NCBI GenBank assembly: GCA_023453125.1
Contig: JAEXUB010000108.1
Coordinates: forward strand, 4,694-68,693
DNA length: 64,000 bases
Source: Bacteroidota bacterium
GTDB taxonomy: Bacteria > Bacteroidota > Ignavibacteria > Ignavibacteriales > Melioribacteraceae
Reading direction: 5' to 3'
Under the pieces are notes generated by a model. That model had not been told where the DNA came from and did no database searches. It worked only from the letters and a program-made list of their open reading frames with translations. Below are positions 35,147 to 46,700 of the stretch, piece by piece. A program made the position numbers and the translations under genes. Each line of letters starts with the position of its first letter. Position 1 is the stretch's first letter.

Positions 35147-38100
35147 GTGTTGAATTCTTTTTCAAACTTTTCAATCCGCAACAAAATAATCCTGATAGTA
35201 ATGATGATAAGCATCATTACCACCTCTATCAGCATTTTTATGAGTCTTAAACTTGAAATTGCCGATTATAAGGATAAAGCCGCAGACGAAGCCGTTACTA
35301 ATGCGCGCCTGATTGGACAGTATTGTGTAATGCCTCTTGAATTTAATTACCCGGCAAATGCAATTGAAACCCTGGAAAAATTAAGCACCGTCCCTTTCAT
35401 AACAGACTGTCTGCTTTACGATGCCGGAAACAATCTTTTTGCCGAGTATCGCAAGGATGCCGGCAACAGGGCCGAAATTCCGGATGAACTGACTGAGGAA
35501 GGATATATCTTTGAAGACGATTTCATATACGTTCTGTACAAAATAGAATACAAAGGAGTTCATTACGGAAAACTTTACCTCAAAGCCCATGCGGGCATAA
35601 GCGAAATTGTATCCGGCAAGGTTTACACCGGATTATTACTTGTAGCCGGAATTCTTTTCCTTTCATTTATCCTTACTACCCTTTTACAAGGCTACATAAC
35701 TGCCCCAATTTTAAAATTAAAGAAATTCACGGCCAAGATATCCGAGACAAAAGATTATTCTCTCAGGATTCAGCCTTATGGAACTGATGAAATAAGCAAT
35801 CTTTATACTGAATTCAATTTACTTTTGAACACACTCCAGAAAAGCGAAACAGATATAAATGAGGCTCATATTTCCTTAAAATCAAGCGAGGAATTATTGA
35901 GGCAGAACCGTAATATGCTTCTTAATATTATGGATACAATTCCACAGTCTGTTTTCTGGAAAGATATAAATTGTGTTTATAAAGGATGCAATAAAAATTT
36001 TGCCTATTCTCTGGGCTATTCAAGTCCTGCGGAAATTATTGGCAAAAACGACTTTGAACTATCCCCTCCTGAACTTGCCGTAAATTATATAGCTGACGAC
36101 AAGGAGGTAATGGAATCAGGAATAATTAAGCATCATATTCTTGAAGAAGTTGTGAGCCGGAACAAAACCAGTATGTGGGTTACAACTACTAAAGCGCCAT
36201 TATATGATTCAGAGGGAAAGGTAACAGGTATTCTCGGCATGCTTGAGGATATCAGCGAGCGGAAAAAAGCCGATGATGCATTAAAAGAAAGCGAAGCATA
36301 TAATAAGGTGCTTTTCCGCGATTCTAACATACCTCTTGTTGTAATGGATTCCGAAAGCCTCCGGTTTACCGATTGCAACGATGCCGCAACGAGAATTTTC
36401 GGATTCGGTTCCAGGGAAGAGCTTTTGGGGCTTTCAATCGAGGATGTGTCTCCCCCTCTTCAAAAAGAAAAAAAATCATCGTCCGATGCAATTGCCGGAA
36501 TGATTGATATTGCATTAACTAAGGGGGCGGTGCTCTTTGAATGGCAGCATTTAAAGCGTTCGGGAGAAATCTGGGACGCCGAAGTGCATCTTATGTCATT
36601 TACTTATAAAAATAAGCAATGGCTTAAATTCAGTCTGATGGATATAACCGAGAGAAAAAAAGCAAATGAGAGTTTAAAAGAGAGTGAATGGTTTTTAAGC
36701 AAGGCACAGGAAATTGCCCGCTTCGGAGCATATAAACTAGATTTTGCAACCGGATACTGGACAAGCTCCAAATTACTTAACGAAATATTCGGAATCGATG
36801 AATCTTTTGAGACTAATTTGGAAGGATGGATTAGGATTGTTCATCCTGAATGCAAAGAAGAAATGAGTGAATATCTGGTACGTGAGGTTATTAAAGGGAA
36901 AAAACCATTCGATTACCAGTACAGAATATTAAGGATTAATGACTGCGCGGAAAGATGGGTCCACGGAAGGGGAACTCTTGAATTTGACGAATCGGGAAAT
37001 CCCATAACAATGATAGGAACCATTCAGGATATAACTGACAGGAAACAGGCCGAAGAGGCAATCAGGCAAAGCGAAATTAAGTACAGGCTACTTTTTGAGA
37101 ATATGACAGCCGGTTTTGCCCTTCACGAAATGCTGTGGGATGATAAGGGAAATCCGGTTGATTACATATTTATTGAAGCCAACCCGGCGTACGAAAAACT
37201 TACCGGCATTAAAATTGCCGACATAACCGGCAAAAGAGTGAAAGAGCTAATACCAAATCTTGAACAGGAGTGGATAGATAAATTCGGTAATGTTACGGCA
37301 ACAGGAGAACCAATTTCCTATGTAAATTTTGTAGGCGCTATTGGAAAGTATTACGACACATATGCTTTTAGGCCTGGTACTAATCAATTTGCTGTTGTAT
37401 TCACCGATATAACAGAAAGAGTGCTGTCCGAGGAAAAGCTTCAGAAGAGCGAAGCGCGTTTAAATGAAGCCCAGAGGATTGCCCATATTGGCAACTGGGA
37501 ACTGGATCTTTCCACTAACATACTTACCTGGTCCGACGAAGTGTATAGAATATTAGGAATTGAAAAAACTGATGAAGAGCTTACATATGAAGGGTTTATA
37601 AATCTTATTCATCCCGATGACCGCCAAATGGTTATTACCGCCTATTCCGATTCCCTAAAAAACAGAACTCCATATGACTTTATTCATAGAATCCTATTTG
37701 GAGAGGGCAACGTAAAATTTGTTCATGAACAGTGCGAAACAAATTATGATGAATCGGGGAATCCAATTCATTCTTTCGGAACTATTCAGGATATTACCGA
37801 TTATATTAATGCTCAGGAAGCGCTGAGGGACCGGGAAGAGAAGCTGAAATTCTTCTTTGACACAATGGCTCAGGGAGTGGTTATTCAGGATACTTCCGGG
37901 AAAATAATTGAAGCGAATGATGCAGCATGCCGGATATTGGGATTGACTATGGACCAGATGCTGGGCAAGACGATTTACGATCCGGAGTGGAAACTAATTA
38001 AAGAAGACGGAACTCCTATGGGGCCGGATGATATGCCTTCAACATTGGCTCTTACCGGAGGCAGGCCGGTTGAAAATATATTCTTCGGGGTCTACATACC

Positions 38101-39748
38101 CGCACTTAAGAGACACAACTGGCTCCTTACAAGCTCCGTACCGAAATTCAAACCGGGGGAAAACAAGCCTTATATTACAATTACCACCTTTACCGATGTG
38201 ACCGAGAGAAGGGAAATTGAAGAGGAACTTAGAAAGCACAGGGAGAACCTTGAAGAGCTTGTAAAAGAAAGAACGCGCGAACTCGCCGATTCAAATGCAC
38301 TTCTTCAAAGCGCAAAGGAAAATGCCGAAGCTGCAAACAGGGCAAAATCTGTTTTCCTTGCTAATATGAGTCACGAGTTGAGAACTCCGATGAATGCAAT
38401 TATCGGTTTTTCTGAAATTCTTGAAAAACTGGTTACCGAACCAAAACAGAAGAATTATCTCACTAAAATTCAGTCGGGAGGCAATACTCTCCTCTCTTTA
38501 ATAAATGATATTCTAGATCTTTCGAAAATTGAGGCAGGGAAACTTGCAATTACTTACCGGCCCGTATCCGTGCACAAAGTATTTGACGAAACATTTCAGA
38601 TATTCACACAGAGAATGGCAGAAAAAAGCATTGAGCCTACAATTGAAATCTCTCCCGACATACCCCGCTCCGTAATTATGGACGAAACAAGGCTGAGGCA
38701 AATACTTTTAAATTTAATCGGGAACGCAGTAAAATTCACAAAAGGGGGTTCTGTATCTCTTAAAGTATGGAGTAAATTCGATATTGACTCAACACGCAGC
38801 TGTTTTGACCTCTGCTTTTCTGTAGAAGATACAGGCATTGGAATTCCTGAAGACCAGTATGATCTTATATTTGAACCTTTCGAACAGCAGAAGGGAAGAG
38901 CCGGGTTTGATTTCGGCGGCACAGGACTTGGGCTTTCAATTACTAAAAACCTTGTAACGGCACTAAATGGGGAGATTAAGGTAAAATCGGCAATTGATAA
39001 GGGTGCAACCTTTACAGTAATACTTCGCGAGGTTGAAGTCTGTATTACAGAAACCGATGAATCGGCTGAAAATATGAAAAGCATTTTTAATTTCGAAGCA
39101 GTGGATTTTGATAAGGCAACTATTCTGGTTGTGGATGATATTGATTACAACAGAGACCTGATACGGGGTTTTCTTGCAGGATACAACTTCACTATCCTTG
39201 ATGCTGAAAACGGAAGCAAGGCTCTTGATCTGGCAAACAAATATAAACCGGATATGATTCTTCTTGACATGAAAATGCCCGTAATGAACGGATACGAAGC
39301 GGCTTCTATTCTGAAAAACGACCCTGCGATGAAGAATATTCCGATTATATCAATTACCGCATCTGCGCTTACTGAAGATGAGATGAAAATCTCGAGCCTG
39401 TGCGACGGATATCTCCGCAAACCGATGCACCGGCACGAGCTTGTTGAAATGCTGATGAAGTATCTCTCTCATAAAGTTAACGATGAATTTATTACCGCCG
39501 CCGGAACTGCAGAGGAACCGGTTTATACTTTAGATCAATACATAGGTAAACTTGATCCTATGGTTATAGGCGAAATGATAAAATCAGCCGATATGGCCGA
39601 TGTTTTTAAACTCCGGGCACAAATTGAAAAATTTGAAAGTTCACTACCCGGACTGGCACGTCTTCTATATTCATTAATTGATAAGTTCGACTATGATAAA
39701 TTGAAAGAAACCCTTAAATTGCTTGGACGGAAAGATGGAAGAAAGTAA
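35147..39748 (+). CDS. Hybrid sensor histidine kinase: TM-periplasmic (CHASE8-like)-TM-HAMP, six PAS/PAC, HisKA, HATPase, REC, ~100-aa tail
   Basis: H-box ANMSHELRTPMNAIIGF. The N/G boxes are NLIGNAVKFT and GTGLGLSI. REC motifs are VVDDIDYN, LLDMKMP and RKP. PAC linkers of the DITERKKA type recur six times. The tracked ORF starts at TTG 35135. I prefer GTG 35147, which lies 5 nt after GGAGG (35137..35141) and right after the yfiR-like stop. Confidence 0.9.
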   Translation: MLNSFSNFSIRNKIILIVMMISIITTSISIFMSLKLEIADYKDKAADEAVTNARLIGQYCVMPLEFNYPANAIETLEKLSTVPFITDCLLYDAGNNLFAEYRKDAGNRAEIPDELTEEGYIFEDDFIYVLYKIEYKGVHYGKLYLKAHAGISEIVSGKVYTGLLLVAGILFLSFILTTLLQGYITAPILKLKKFTAKISETKDYSLRIQPYGTDEISNLYTEFNLLLNTLQKSETDINEAHISLKSSEELLRQNRNMLLNIMDTIPQSVFWKDINCVYKGCNKNFAYSLGYSSPAEIIGKNDFELSPPELAVNYIADDKEVMESGIIKHHILEEVVSRNKTSMWVTTTKAPLYDSEGKVTGILGMLEDISERKKADDALKESEAYNKVLFRDSNIPLVVMDSESLRFTDCNDAATRIFGFGSREELLGLSIEDVSPPLQKEKKSSSDAIAGMIDIALTKGAVLFEWQHLKRSGEIWDAEVHLMSFTYKNKQWLKFSLMDITERKKANESLKESEWFLSKAQEIARFGAYKLDFATGYWTSSKLLNEIFGIDESFETNLEGWIRIVHPECKEEMSEYLVREVIKGKKPFDYQYRILRINDCAERWVHGRGTLEFDESGNPITMIGTIQDITDRKQAEEAIRQSEIKYRLLFENMTAGFALHEMLWDDKGNPVDYIFIEANPAYEKLTGIKIADITGKRVKELIPNLEQEWIDKFGNVTATGEPISYVNFVGAIGKYYDTYAFRPGTNQFAVVFTDITERVLSEEKLQKSEARLNEAQRIAHIGNWELDLSTNILTWSDEVYRILGIEKTDEELTYEGFINLIHPDDRQMVITAYSDSLKNRTPYDFIHRILFGEGNVKFVHEQCETNYDESGNPIHSFGTIQDITDYINAQEALRDREEKLKFFFDTMAQGVVIQDTSGKIIEANDAACRILGLTMDQMLGKTIYDPEWKLIKEDGTPMGPDDMPSTLALTGGRPVENIFFGVYIPALKRHNWLLTSSVPKFKPGENKPYITITTFTDVTERREIEEELRKHRENLEELVKERTRELADSNALLQSAKENAEAANRAKSVFLANMSHELRTPMNAIIGFSEILEKLVTEPKQKNYLTKIQSGGNTLLSLINDILDLSKIEAGKLAITYRPVSVHKVFDETFQIFTQRMAEKSIEPTIEISPDIPRSVIMDETRLRQILLNLIGNAVKFTKGGSVSLKVWSKFDIDSTRSCFDLCFSVEDTGIGIPEDQYDLIFEPFEQQKGRAGFDFGGTGLGLSITKNLVTALNGEIKVKSAIDKGATFTVILREVEVCITETDESAENMKSIFNFEAVDFDKATILVVDDIDYNRDLIRGFLAGYNFTILDAENGSKALDLANKYKPDMILLDMKMPVMNGYEAASILKNDPAMKNIPIISITASALTEDEMKISSLCDGYLRKPMHRHELVEMLMKYLSHKVNDEFITAAGTAEEPVYTLDQYIGKLDPMVIGEMIKSADMADVFKLRAQIEKFESSLPGLARLLYSLIDKFDYDKLKETLKLLGRKDGRK

Positions 39749-40715
39749 AAAGAACATATTGATAATCGATGATATTCCGGACAATCTAACCGTATTATCG
39801 GAGCTGCTCATTGCAGAGGGTTATACGGTACGCCCGGTTACTAGCGGCTCTGCCGCACTCAAAACAATTGCCAATGCAATTCCGGATCTCATCCTTCTCG
39901 ATATTAAAATGCCCGAAATGGACGGCTTTCAGGTCTGCAGAAGAATTAAAGCCGACGAAAAACTGAAAGACATTCCGGTTATTTTTATTAGCGCTTACGG
40001 GGAAGAAACCGAGAAAATCAAGGCATTCGAAGCAGGAGGAGTTGATTATATACTGAAACCGTTCCATTCCGGAGAAATTTATGCCCGCGTGAAAACCCAT
40101 TTATCACTTGCCGAAGCAAAAAAAAATCTTGAGAATCTTAATTATAATCTTGAAAAAATGGTTTTTCAGAGAACAATGCAGCTTGAAGAAAGCAACGCGA
40201 AATTCAAAAAATCGGAGGAAATGTTTTCAAAGACATTCCATCTTAATCCCCTTTCAATGATTATTTGCACCATTAAAGAGCACAGAATATTGGAAGTGAA
40301 CAAGGCCTTTGAAAAGAACATTGGATACTCATCTGCAGAGGCAATTGGAAAAACTATGGATTCGCTGAAAATATTAAGCGATATTGACTCGGTTGAATCG
40401 GCAATCAACCGGGAAACTGGAAATAAATTCAGGAATATTGAAACCTTATTTACAGCAAATGGGAATGAAACAAGGACCGGACTTATTTACTGCGAAAGAA
40501 TAGATTTTGCCGATGAAGAATGCAATTTGATGGTAATTGAAGATATTACCGGATTAAAACAGAACGAAGCAAAAATAAAGGACCAGCTCGAAGAACTTCA
40601 AAAATGGTTCAGCGTTACTGTTGACAGGGAAGAAAGGGTAATGGAATTGAAATCCGAGGTTAATGCCCTTCTTTCAAGGCTTAATGAACCGCCTAAATAT
40701 ACTACCACAAAATGA
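39735..40715 (+). CDS. Response regulator REC + coiled coil + PAS, no recognisable output domain
   Basis: MEESKKNILIIDD, LLDIKMPEMDG and LKPF define the REC. A PAS-like region follows (PLSMIICTIKEHRILEVNKAFEKNIGYS). The start overlaps the kinase gene end by 14 nt. Confidence 0.85.
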   Translation: MEESKKNILIIDDIPDNLTVLSELLIAEGYTVRPVTSGSAALKTIANAIPDLILLDIKMPEMDGFQVCRRIKADEKLKDIPVIFISAYGEETEKIKAFEAGGVDYILKPFHSGEIYARVKTHLSLAEAKKNLENLNYNLEKMVFQRTMQLEESNAKFKKSEEMFSKTFHLNPLSMIICTIKEHRILEVNKAFEKNIGYSSAEAIGKTMDSLKILSDIDSVESAINRETGNKFRNIETLFTANGNETRTGLIYCERIDFADEECNLMVIEDITGLKQNEAKIKDQLEELQKWFSVTVDREERVMELKSEVNALLSRLNEPPKYTTTK

Positions 40716-40718
40716 ACA

Positions 40719-41801
40719 TTAAGCTTTTTTACATGGGAGCTTTACCCTAACAATGGTGTGGCTCTTCTTTTTGCTTTCAATCTCCAGGCTTCCTCCGTGC
40801 ATCTGAACAATATTTTTCACTATTGCGAGTCCGAGACCATTCCCCTGCTGACTGAAATCCTCCCTGCTGAACTGCTGGAATAATCCGATCTGCTCAATTT
40901 CCGAGTCAGTCATTCCTATTCCGGAATCTTTAATTTCGATTGTATATAATTCATCCGAACAGGTGCCGTTAACTTCAACACTGCTCCCCGCCTCGGAATA
41001 TTTTGCGCTATTTTCAAGTATCTCTTTCAGCATTCTGACCATTTGCAGGTCGTCTACTTCAATTTCTGCAGGTAAGACTGAAATCTTTATATCGTCCGAA
41101 CGTTCCCTCAGCATATAATGATTTTCTATTATGCTGTCTATTAACATCTTATCAAAAAGCACTTCATCAGTATTTTTTCTTTCTGACGGTTTGGAACGGG
41201 CAACATTCAACTCTGCATAGGCTATAAATTTTTCTATCCTGTTATGAAGTCTGTTTGCAGACCAGAGAATTCTCTCTACCATTTCCTTTAATTGAGTCTT
41301 TTCCATCTCCTCAATTCCTTCAAGCACCAGATGAGAATAGCCGATTATTGAAACAAGGGGAGTCCTTAATTCGTGAGGTATATACATATTGATATTCTTG
41401 ATAAGAGAATTGAACTGGTCCCTGACTTCTTTCTGTTTTTCCATTCTGATTTCAATAGCCTTAAGAAGATCGGACGACGAAAAAGGTTTTGTAATATAAT
41501 CATCAACTCCCAGATTGAGGCCGGCCCTAATTGATGAAAGATCAGAATGCGCCGTAAGGAAAATAAATGGAATGAACTTTGTATCGAAATCGGATTTAAC
41601 ATATTTATGGAACTCATATCCGTTCATCTTAGGCATCATAATATCGCAGATTATGAGATCCGGTTTAGTCTGTTTAAGCAGAGCAACCCCTTCGGTACCG
41701 TCACTGCCGCACATAACCTCATATCCTTCAGAAGAAAGAAGTTCGGTTAAATTATTCATAATATTTTCATCATCTTCAACTACAAGTATTACCTTTTTCA
41801 T
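40719..41801 (-). CDS. REC-HisKA-HATPase fusion (response regulator / histidine kinase)
   Basis: The N-terminal REC has VVEDDE, ICDIMMPKMNG and TKPF. The H-box is IPHELRTPLVSIIGYS. The HATPase region has GNGLGLAIV. Confidence 0.88.
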   Translation of the reverse strand: MKKVILVVEDDENIMNNLTELLSSEGYEVMCGSDGTEGVALLKQTKPDLIICDIMMPKMNGYEFHKYVKSDFDTKFIPFIFLTAHSDLSSIRAGLNLGVDDYITKPFSSSDLLKAIEIRMEKQKEVRDQFNSLIKNINMYIPHELRTPLVSIIGYSHLVLEGIEEMEKTQLKEMVERILWSANRLHNRIEKFIAYAELNVARSKPSERKNTDEVLFDKMLIDSIIENHYMLRERSDDIKISVLPAEIEVDDLQMVRMLKEILENSAKYSEAGSSVEVNGTCSDELYTIEIKDSGIGMTDSEIEQIGLFQQFSREDFSQQGNGLGLAIVKNIVQMHGGSLEIESKKKSHTIVRVKLPCKKA

Positions 41802-41809
41802 TACGACCT

Positions 41810-43663
41810 CTAATTAAGATTAGTATTGAGAGGCAGTTCAACTGTAAACCGGCTCCCTTCCCCTGTTTTACTCTCCAGTTTTATAGTGCCCCGATGCAGT
41901 TCTACAGATCTTTTAACTATAGACATACCGAGTCCGGTACCCCTTATGGCTCCGATATTGCTCCCCCTGTCAAACGGGTCAAAGATTCTTTTCTGATCTT
42001 CTTCCGGTATTCCTATTCCGTTATCGGAGACTTCAAATATAATTGTTCCATCACCGTCTTTCGCTTCAAAACTAACCAGGCCTCTTTCTCCGGAAAACTT
42101 AATGGCATTGGAAAGAAGATTGTTAAGAATATGTTTTAAAAGCTTTTCGTCAATTTCATAAATTTTTCCTGCAAGCCTGTAATGGAAATCGAGTATGTTG
42201 TTTTCATTTGTAAGTGTTTTTGCCTCATCAACAATAACTGAACATAGATTTTCAAGATCTACCGGCTGGGGGTCAAAACTTATTTTTCTTGCCTCGGCCC
42301 TGCTTACCGTAAGAACGTCATCCATTAATCCGGTTAGATATTTTATGGCTTTTTTAATCCTGTCCGTGTGCACAAAAAATCTTTCTTTGTCTCTGTTTTC
42401 CCAATGTTTTTCAGAAAGCTCAGTGGAAGAAAGAATAGTTGCAAGCGGAGTTCTGAATTCGTGGGAGGCGGTTGAAATAAATTCCGATTTAAGCGCATTT
42501 AATTCCTTTTCTTTCTCCAGAGCCGCAATTACCTTTTCTTCAGCTTCTTTCTGCTTAAGAATTTCTTTTTGCAGAAGATGATTTAGTTCTTCAAGACTCC
42601 TGGTTCTCTCCGAGACTATGTTCTCCAAATGAAGCCTGTAATCGGCAAGTTCCTTTTCTATCTTCTTTCTTTCCGAAATGTCTTTTGCAATTCCAATTAC
42701 TCCTTTTGGTGAGCCGTCCTCTTTGTAAAGCAGCGAGAGACTTAGTTCTGCATAGAACCTGTCCCCGTTCTTTTTAACAAATATATATTCATCATTTGAA
42801 TGAGTTCCTTCAACAATGGCTTTTTCAAGATTTCTGTATATCTTATCCAATTCCCCCTGTTCAATAATTTCTCTGGCACTATGGCTCATCAATTCCATTT
42901 TTGATGAATAACCATGCATTTTGGCTGCGGCACCGTTAGCAAGAATTATATCCCCCTCAATGCTGAGAAGCAAAATAGCATCCGGCGAAGTTTCAATAAG
43001 TGTACGGTACTTCTCTTCGCTTTCTTTCAATAAAGCTTCCGCCTTCTTCCTTTCGGTAATATCAATACTTGCGCCCCGGTATCCAACGAGTTCATTCTTT
43101 GAAGATATAACAGGGGAAGCGTTCGATTCAAGAATAACATCGTTTCCGTTTTTATGCGAGAATACTGCCACATAACTTTTCAAAGAGTTTCTATTTAAAA
43201 ATGCCTGTTCAAGATCCAATCTTAAAGTGGGATTCTTTTCAAGATTAAGCAGGTCGTAAATTGTTTTATTTTCTATTACCTCTTCAGGGCTATATCCAAG
43301 TATCACCTTAACGACCGGATTAACGTATGCAAATTTACCGCCTATCCCTATTTCCCAGATTATTTCACCCGAATTTTCTGCAATCTGCTTAAAACGGTCT
43401 TCGGATCTCCTGAGAAGTTTTTCCGAACCGATAATCTGTTTAACCCTTCGGGCAATCAGAAAATATAGGAGAGTTGAGGTAAAAAGAATAAAGAAAAACC
43501 CCTTTAGCATTGCGATTTTAATAATTACAGAAGGATTTGAAGTAAATAACTCTACAACCGAGTCGGATAGAAAAATCCAGAGACTGCCGAAAAAGACGTA
43601 AACAGCAACAATTTTTACAACTGCCAGCCGGTCTTTATACTTAAGTGTAGCATTCTTATTCAA
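41810..43663 (-). CDS. Membrane PAS sensor histidine kinase (2 TM, 2 PAS, HisKA, HATPase)
   Basis: Two N-terminal hydrophobic helices, two PAS/PAC modules ending in DITERKKAE and DISERKKIE, the H-box STASHEFRTPLATI, and GTGLGMSIV. Confidence 0.9.
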   Translation of the reverse strand: MNKNATLKYKDRLAVVKIVAVYVFFGSLWIFLSDSVVELFTSNPSVIIKIAMLKGFFFILFTSTLLYFLIARRVKQIIGSEKLLRRSEDRFKQIAENSGEIIWEIGIGGKFAYVNPVVKVILGYSPEEVIENKTIYDLLNLEKNPTLRLDLEQAFLNRNSLKSYVAVFSHKNGNDVILESNASPVISSKNELVGYRGASIDITERKKAEALLKESEEKYRTLIETSPDAILLLSIEGDIILANGAAAKMHGYSSKMELMSHSAREIIEQGELDKIYRNLEKAIVEGTHSNDEYIFVKKNGDRFYAELSLSLLYKEDGSPKGVIGIAKDISERKKIEKELADYRLHLENIVSERTRSLEELNHLLQKEILKQKEAEEKVIAALEKEKELNALKSEFISTASHEFRTPLATILSSTELSEKHWENRDKERFFVHTDRIKKAIKYLTGLMDDVLTVSRAEARKISFDPQPVDLENLCSVIVDEAKTLTNENNILDFHYRLAGKIYEIDEKLLKHILNNLLSNAIKFSGERGLVSFEAKDGDGTIIFEVSDNGIGIPEEDQKRIFDPFDRGSNIGAIRGTGLGMSIVKRSVELHRGTIKLESKTGEGSRFTVELPLNTNLN

Positions 43664-43753
43664 GCAAAATATTCCGCCGATTAAAACTATGAAATTAAAA
43701 ATTTACCCTTTAAAATCAAAGACATTACCATCCCGATATTTACTTCTCTATTT

Positions 43754-46700
43754 CTATTCAGCCGCCTGGAATCTGAGGGTGAAAATTGTACCGATTCCTA
43801 TTTCGCTTTCAACAGAAATTGAACCGTTAAGCAGCTCGGTATATTTTTTTGCAATCGAAAGTCCAAGCCCGGTCCCCTGGAATTCCCTATTAATTCCTTC
43901 ACTCACCTGTCTGAATTCCTCAAATATTATTCCCAGGTTGTCTTTGTCAATTCCAATTCCGGTATCTTTAATCCTTATAAATACATTATTTCCTTCTTTA
44001 CCAGCTTCAATTGAAACCGAACCCCGTTCAGTAAATTTGATTGCGTTATTAACGAGATTCTCCAGAATTACCGCAAAGAATGATGGATCGGAGTTTATAT
44101 ACATCCCGTCGGGACACTGTAAAACCATTTCAATGTGCTTATCAATGGCAGCACCGCGGAACATTTTCTCTATTGTTTCAAGTTCATCTTTTACATCGAG
44201 CCGTTTTAAAACTATCTGATATTTCTCCGATTCTATCTTTGTGAAATTTAAAATCATATTGAGTGTATTAAGAAGCCTTTTGCCGGATCTTTTAATTCCC
44301 TTAGACATTTCGACAAGCTCTTCATCTTTCAGGATTTCCGAAAGCAGATCGGAATAGCCGAGAATTCCAATTAATGGAGTTCTAAGTTCGTGGCTCATAT
44401 TGGCAAGAAAGAGATCCTTGGTTTTATTGGCTTCTTCTGCCTTATTCTTTGCATCCATTAACTGTTCAAGAATCATTTTCCTGTCTGTTATATCTTCTTT
44501 TACGGCAATAAAATGCGTTATCCTGTTCAGGTCATCCTTAATTGCTGATATAGAAGCCGATTCCCAGTAATATGTTCCGTCCTTTTTTCTGTTCCGGAAT
44601 TGCCCTTTCCATAGTTTTCCGTCAAGAATTGTATTCCAAAGCTCCTTATATTCTTCGCTGGTTTTATTCCCCGAACTAAAAATTCTAGGATTTTTTCCAA
44701 TCACTTCATCATAAGAAAATCCGGTAATCTCCAGCAGGTAAGGATTAACATATTCAATAGTTCCTTTGACATCGGTAATAACTATTGAAACCGGGCTCTG
44801 TTCCGTGGCTTTAAATAATTTTTTTAAGTTTTCCTCATAGAGTTTCCTGGCAGTAACATCATGGGCTACTCCCTGTAAACCGCATACTTTACCGTTTTTA
44901 TAAACCGGATATTCAAAAACCTCTAAAAGTATTTTAGATCCGGATGCGTGTTTTACTTCAAGCACCATGGAGTTCTCTGTAAAGTCCCCGTTAAGGTGCC
45001 TGTGAGTCAATAATTTGGCGTTTTCATTAATTATACTATCCGTCAGGAACCAGCCCTTTTCCATAAGCCATAATTCAACCGGATAGCCTGTAATTTTTTC
45101 AACTGTAGAAGAGACGTAAGTAGTATTTGCATTCTCATCCTGCGTGTAAAAGAATAAATTGGGAGTGCCTTCAATTATAGCCCTCATCCTCTCTTCACTT
45201 CTTAGAAGCGATTCCTGAGAGGCTCTTTCTTCCGTCTGGTCCCTGAATACAAGAACAACGCCGGTAATGTTTCCGTCCTTATCTCTGATAGGGGCTCCGC
45301 TGTCTGCAATAGGTCTTCTGCTCCCGTCTTTTGAAATAAGTATTGTGTGGTTTGCAAGTCCAACTACAACCCCTTCGTTAAGAACTCTGCTTACAGGGCT
45401 TTCAACTTTATTTCCGTTATCTTCGCAGATAATGTTAAATACTTCATCAAGGTATTTACCCTTTGCCTCTTCCTCTTTCCATCCGGTCAATCCCTCGGCA
45501 ATTGGATTAATCTGCCTTATGAGTCCCGATTTATCAGTGCTGATAACTGCATCACCTATACTGTAAAGAGTTGTATGCAGTTCCTCCTTCAGCTCCCACT
45601 GCAGTTTTTCTGCTTCTTTTCTCTCGGTAATATCTCTTGTAATGTTCAGTATATGGTTTACCCCTTCGAGCTGAATGATGGAAGCAGACATTAGCCCGTA
45701 TTTTATGGACCCATCCTTCATCCGGAAGCGTGCCTCAAGGTTATTAACCTGCCCCGATTTTGAAAGCCCTTCAATCAGTTTACTCCTGGATTCGGCATCG
45801 GCCCATATGCTGATTTCTGCTGAAGTGCGCCCAACCACTTCTTCTTCGGTATAACCTGTAAGCTGTGTAAAGCCGTTGTTAACTGAAACGTATAGCCCGT
45901 CCGATAAGCGGTTAATATTAACCGAATCGGGACTTGTATAGAAAGCTGTTCTGAATTTCTGTTCGCTCTGCAGAATATTCTGTTCCGCTTTTTTTCTTTC
46001 TGTAATGTCCCTTATAACCGAAAGAAGGTATTTTTTTTCATTCAGATTTATTAAAGTGACGGAAATTGAACCGGTAAAAACAGATCCGTCTTTTTTCCTA
46101 AAATCGGACTCGTAATCATAAACCGAACCGGAACGGTTGATTGCATCAACAATTTTGTTTCTCCCCTCTTTCTCAATCCATAAACCGGCATCAACCGTAG
46201 TCCTGCCAATCAGTTCAGATGCCTTGAAGCCGAAAATCTGCTCGTTGCATTCTATAATCATTCCGGTTTCAATTTCAGTTATAAAAATAGCATCCCCGAT
46301 TGTTGCAAAAATTGACCTGTAAATCTCTTCCCGAATTTTTAATTCTTTTGCGGTTTTTTTCGAATCGGATATATCTTCAACAGTGCCCTCGTAATAAAGA
46401 GTAACACCGAATTCATCCTTAACGGATTTTGAACTTTCCCTAATAAAAAGTTCCGTACCGTCTTTTTTATACCAGACATCTTCCCAACCCCTGAGAGTCC
46501 CTTTTTCTTCAACCAGCTTTTTAAAATCAACCCTGCGGTAATTTGGTTCATACCCGTCTTCTTCCAGGTTGCGGTTAGAAAAATCCTCAAATGAATCATA
46601 ACCGAGCATTTTTATGAGGGTAGGATTTGCCAGCAGAATCCTCCCGTCGGGTGTGGTTCGGTAAAATCCGATATTATCATTTTCATAAAGGCTTCTGAAA

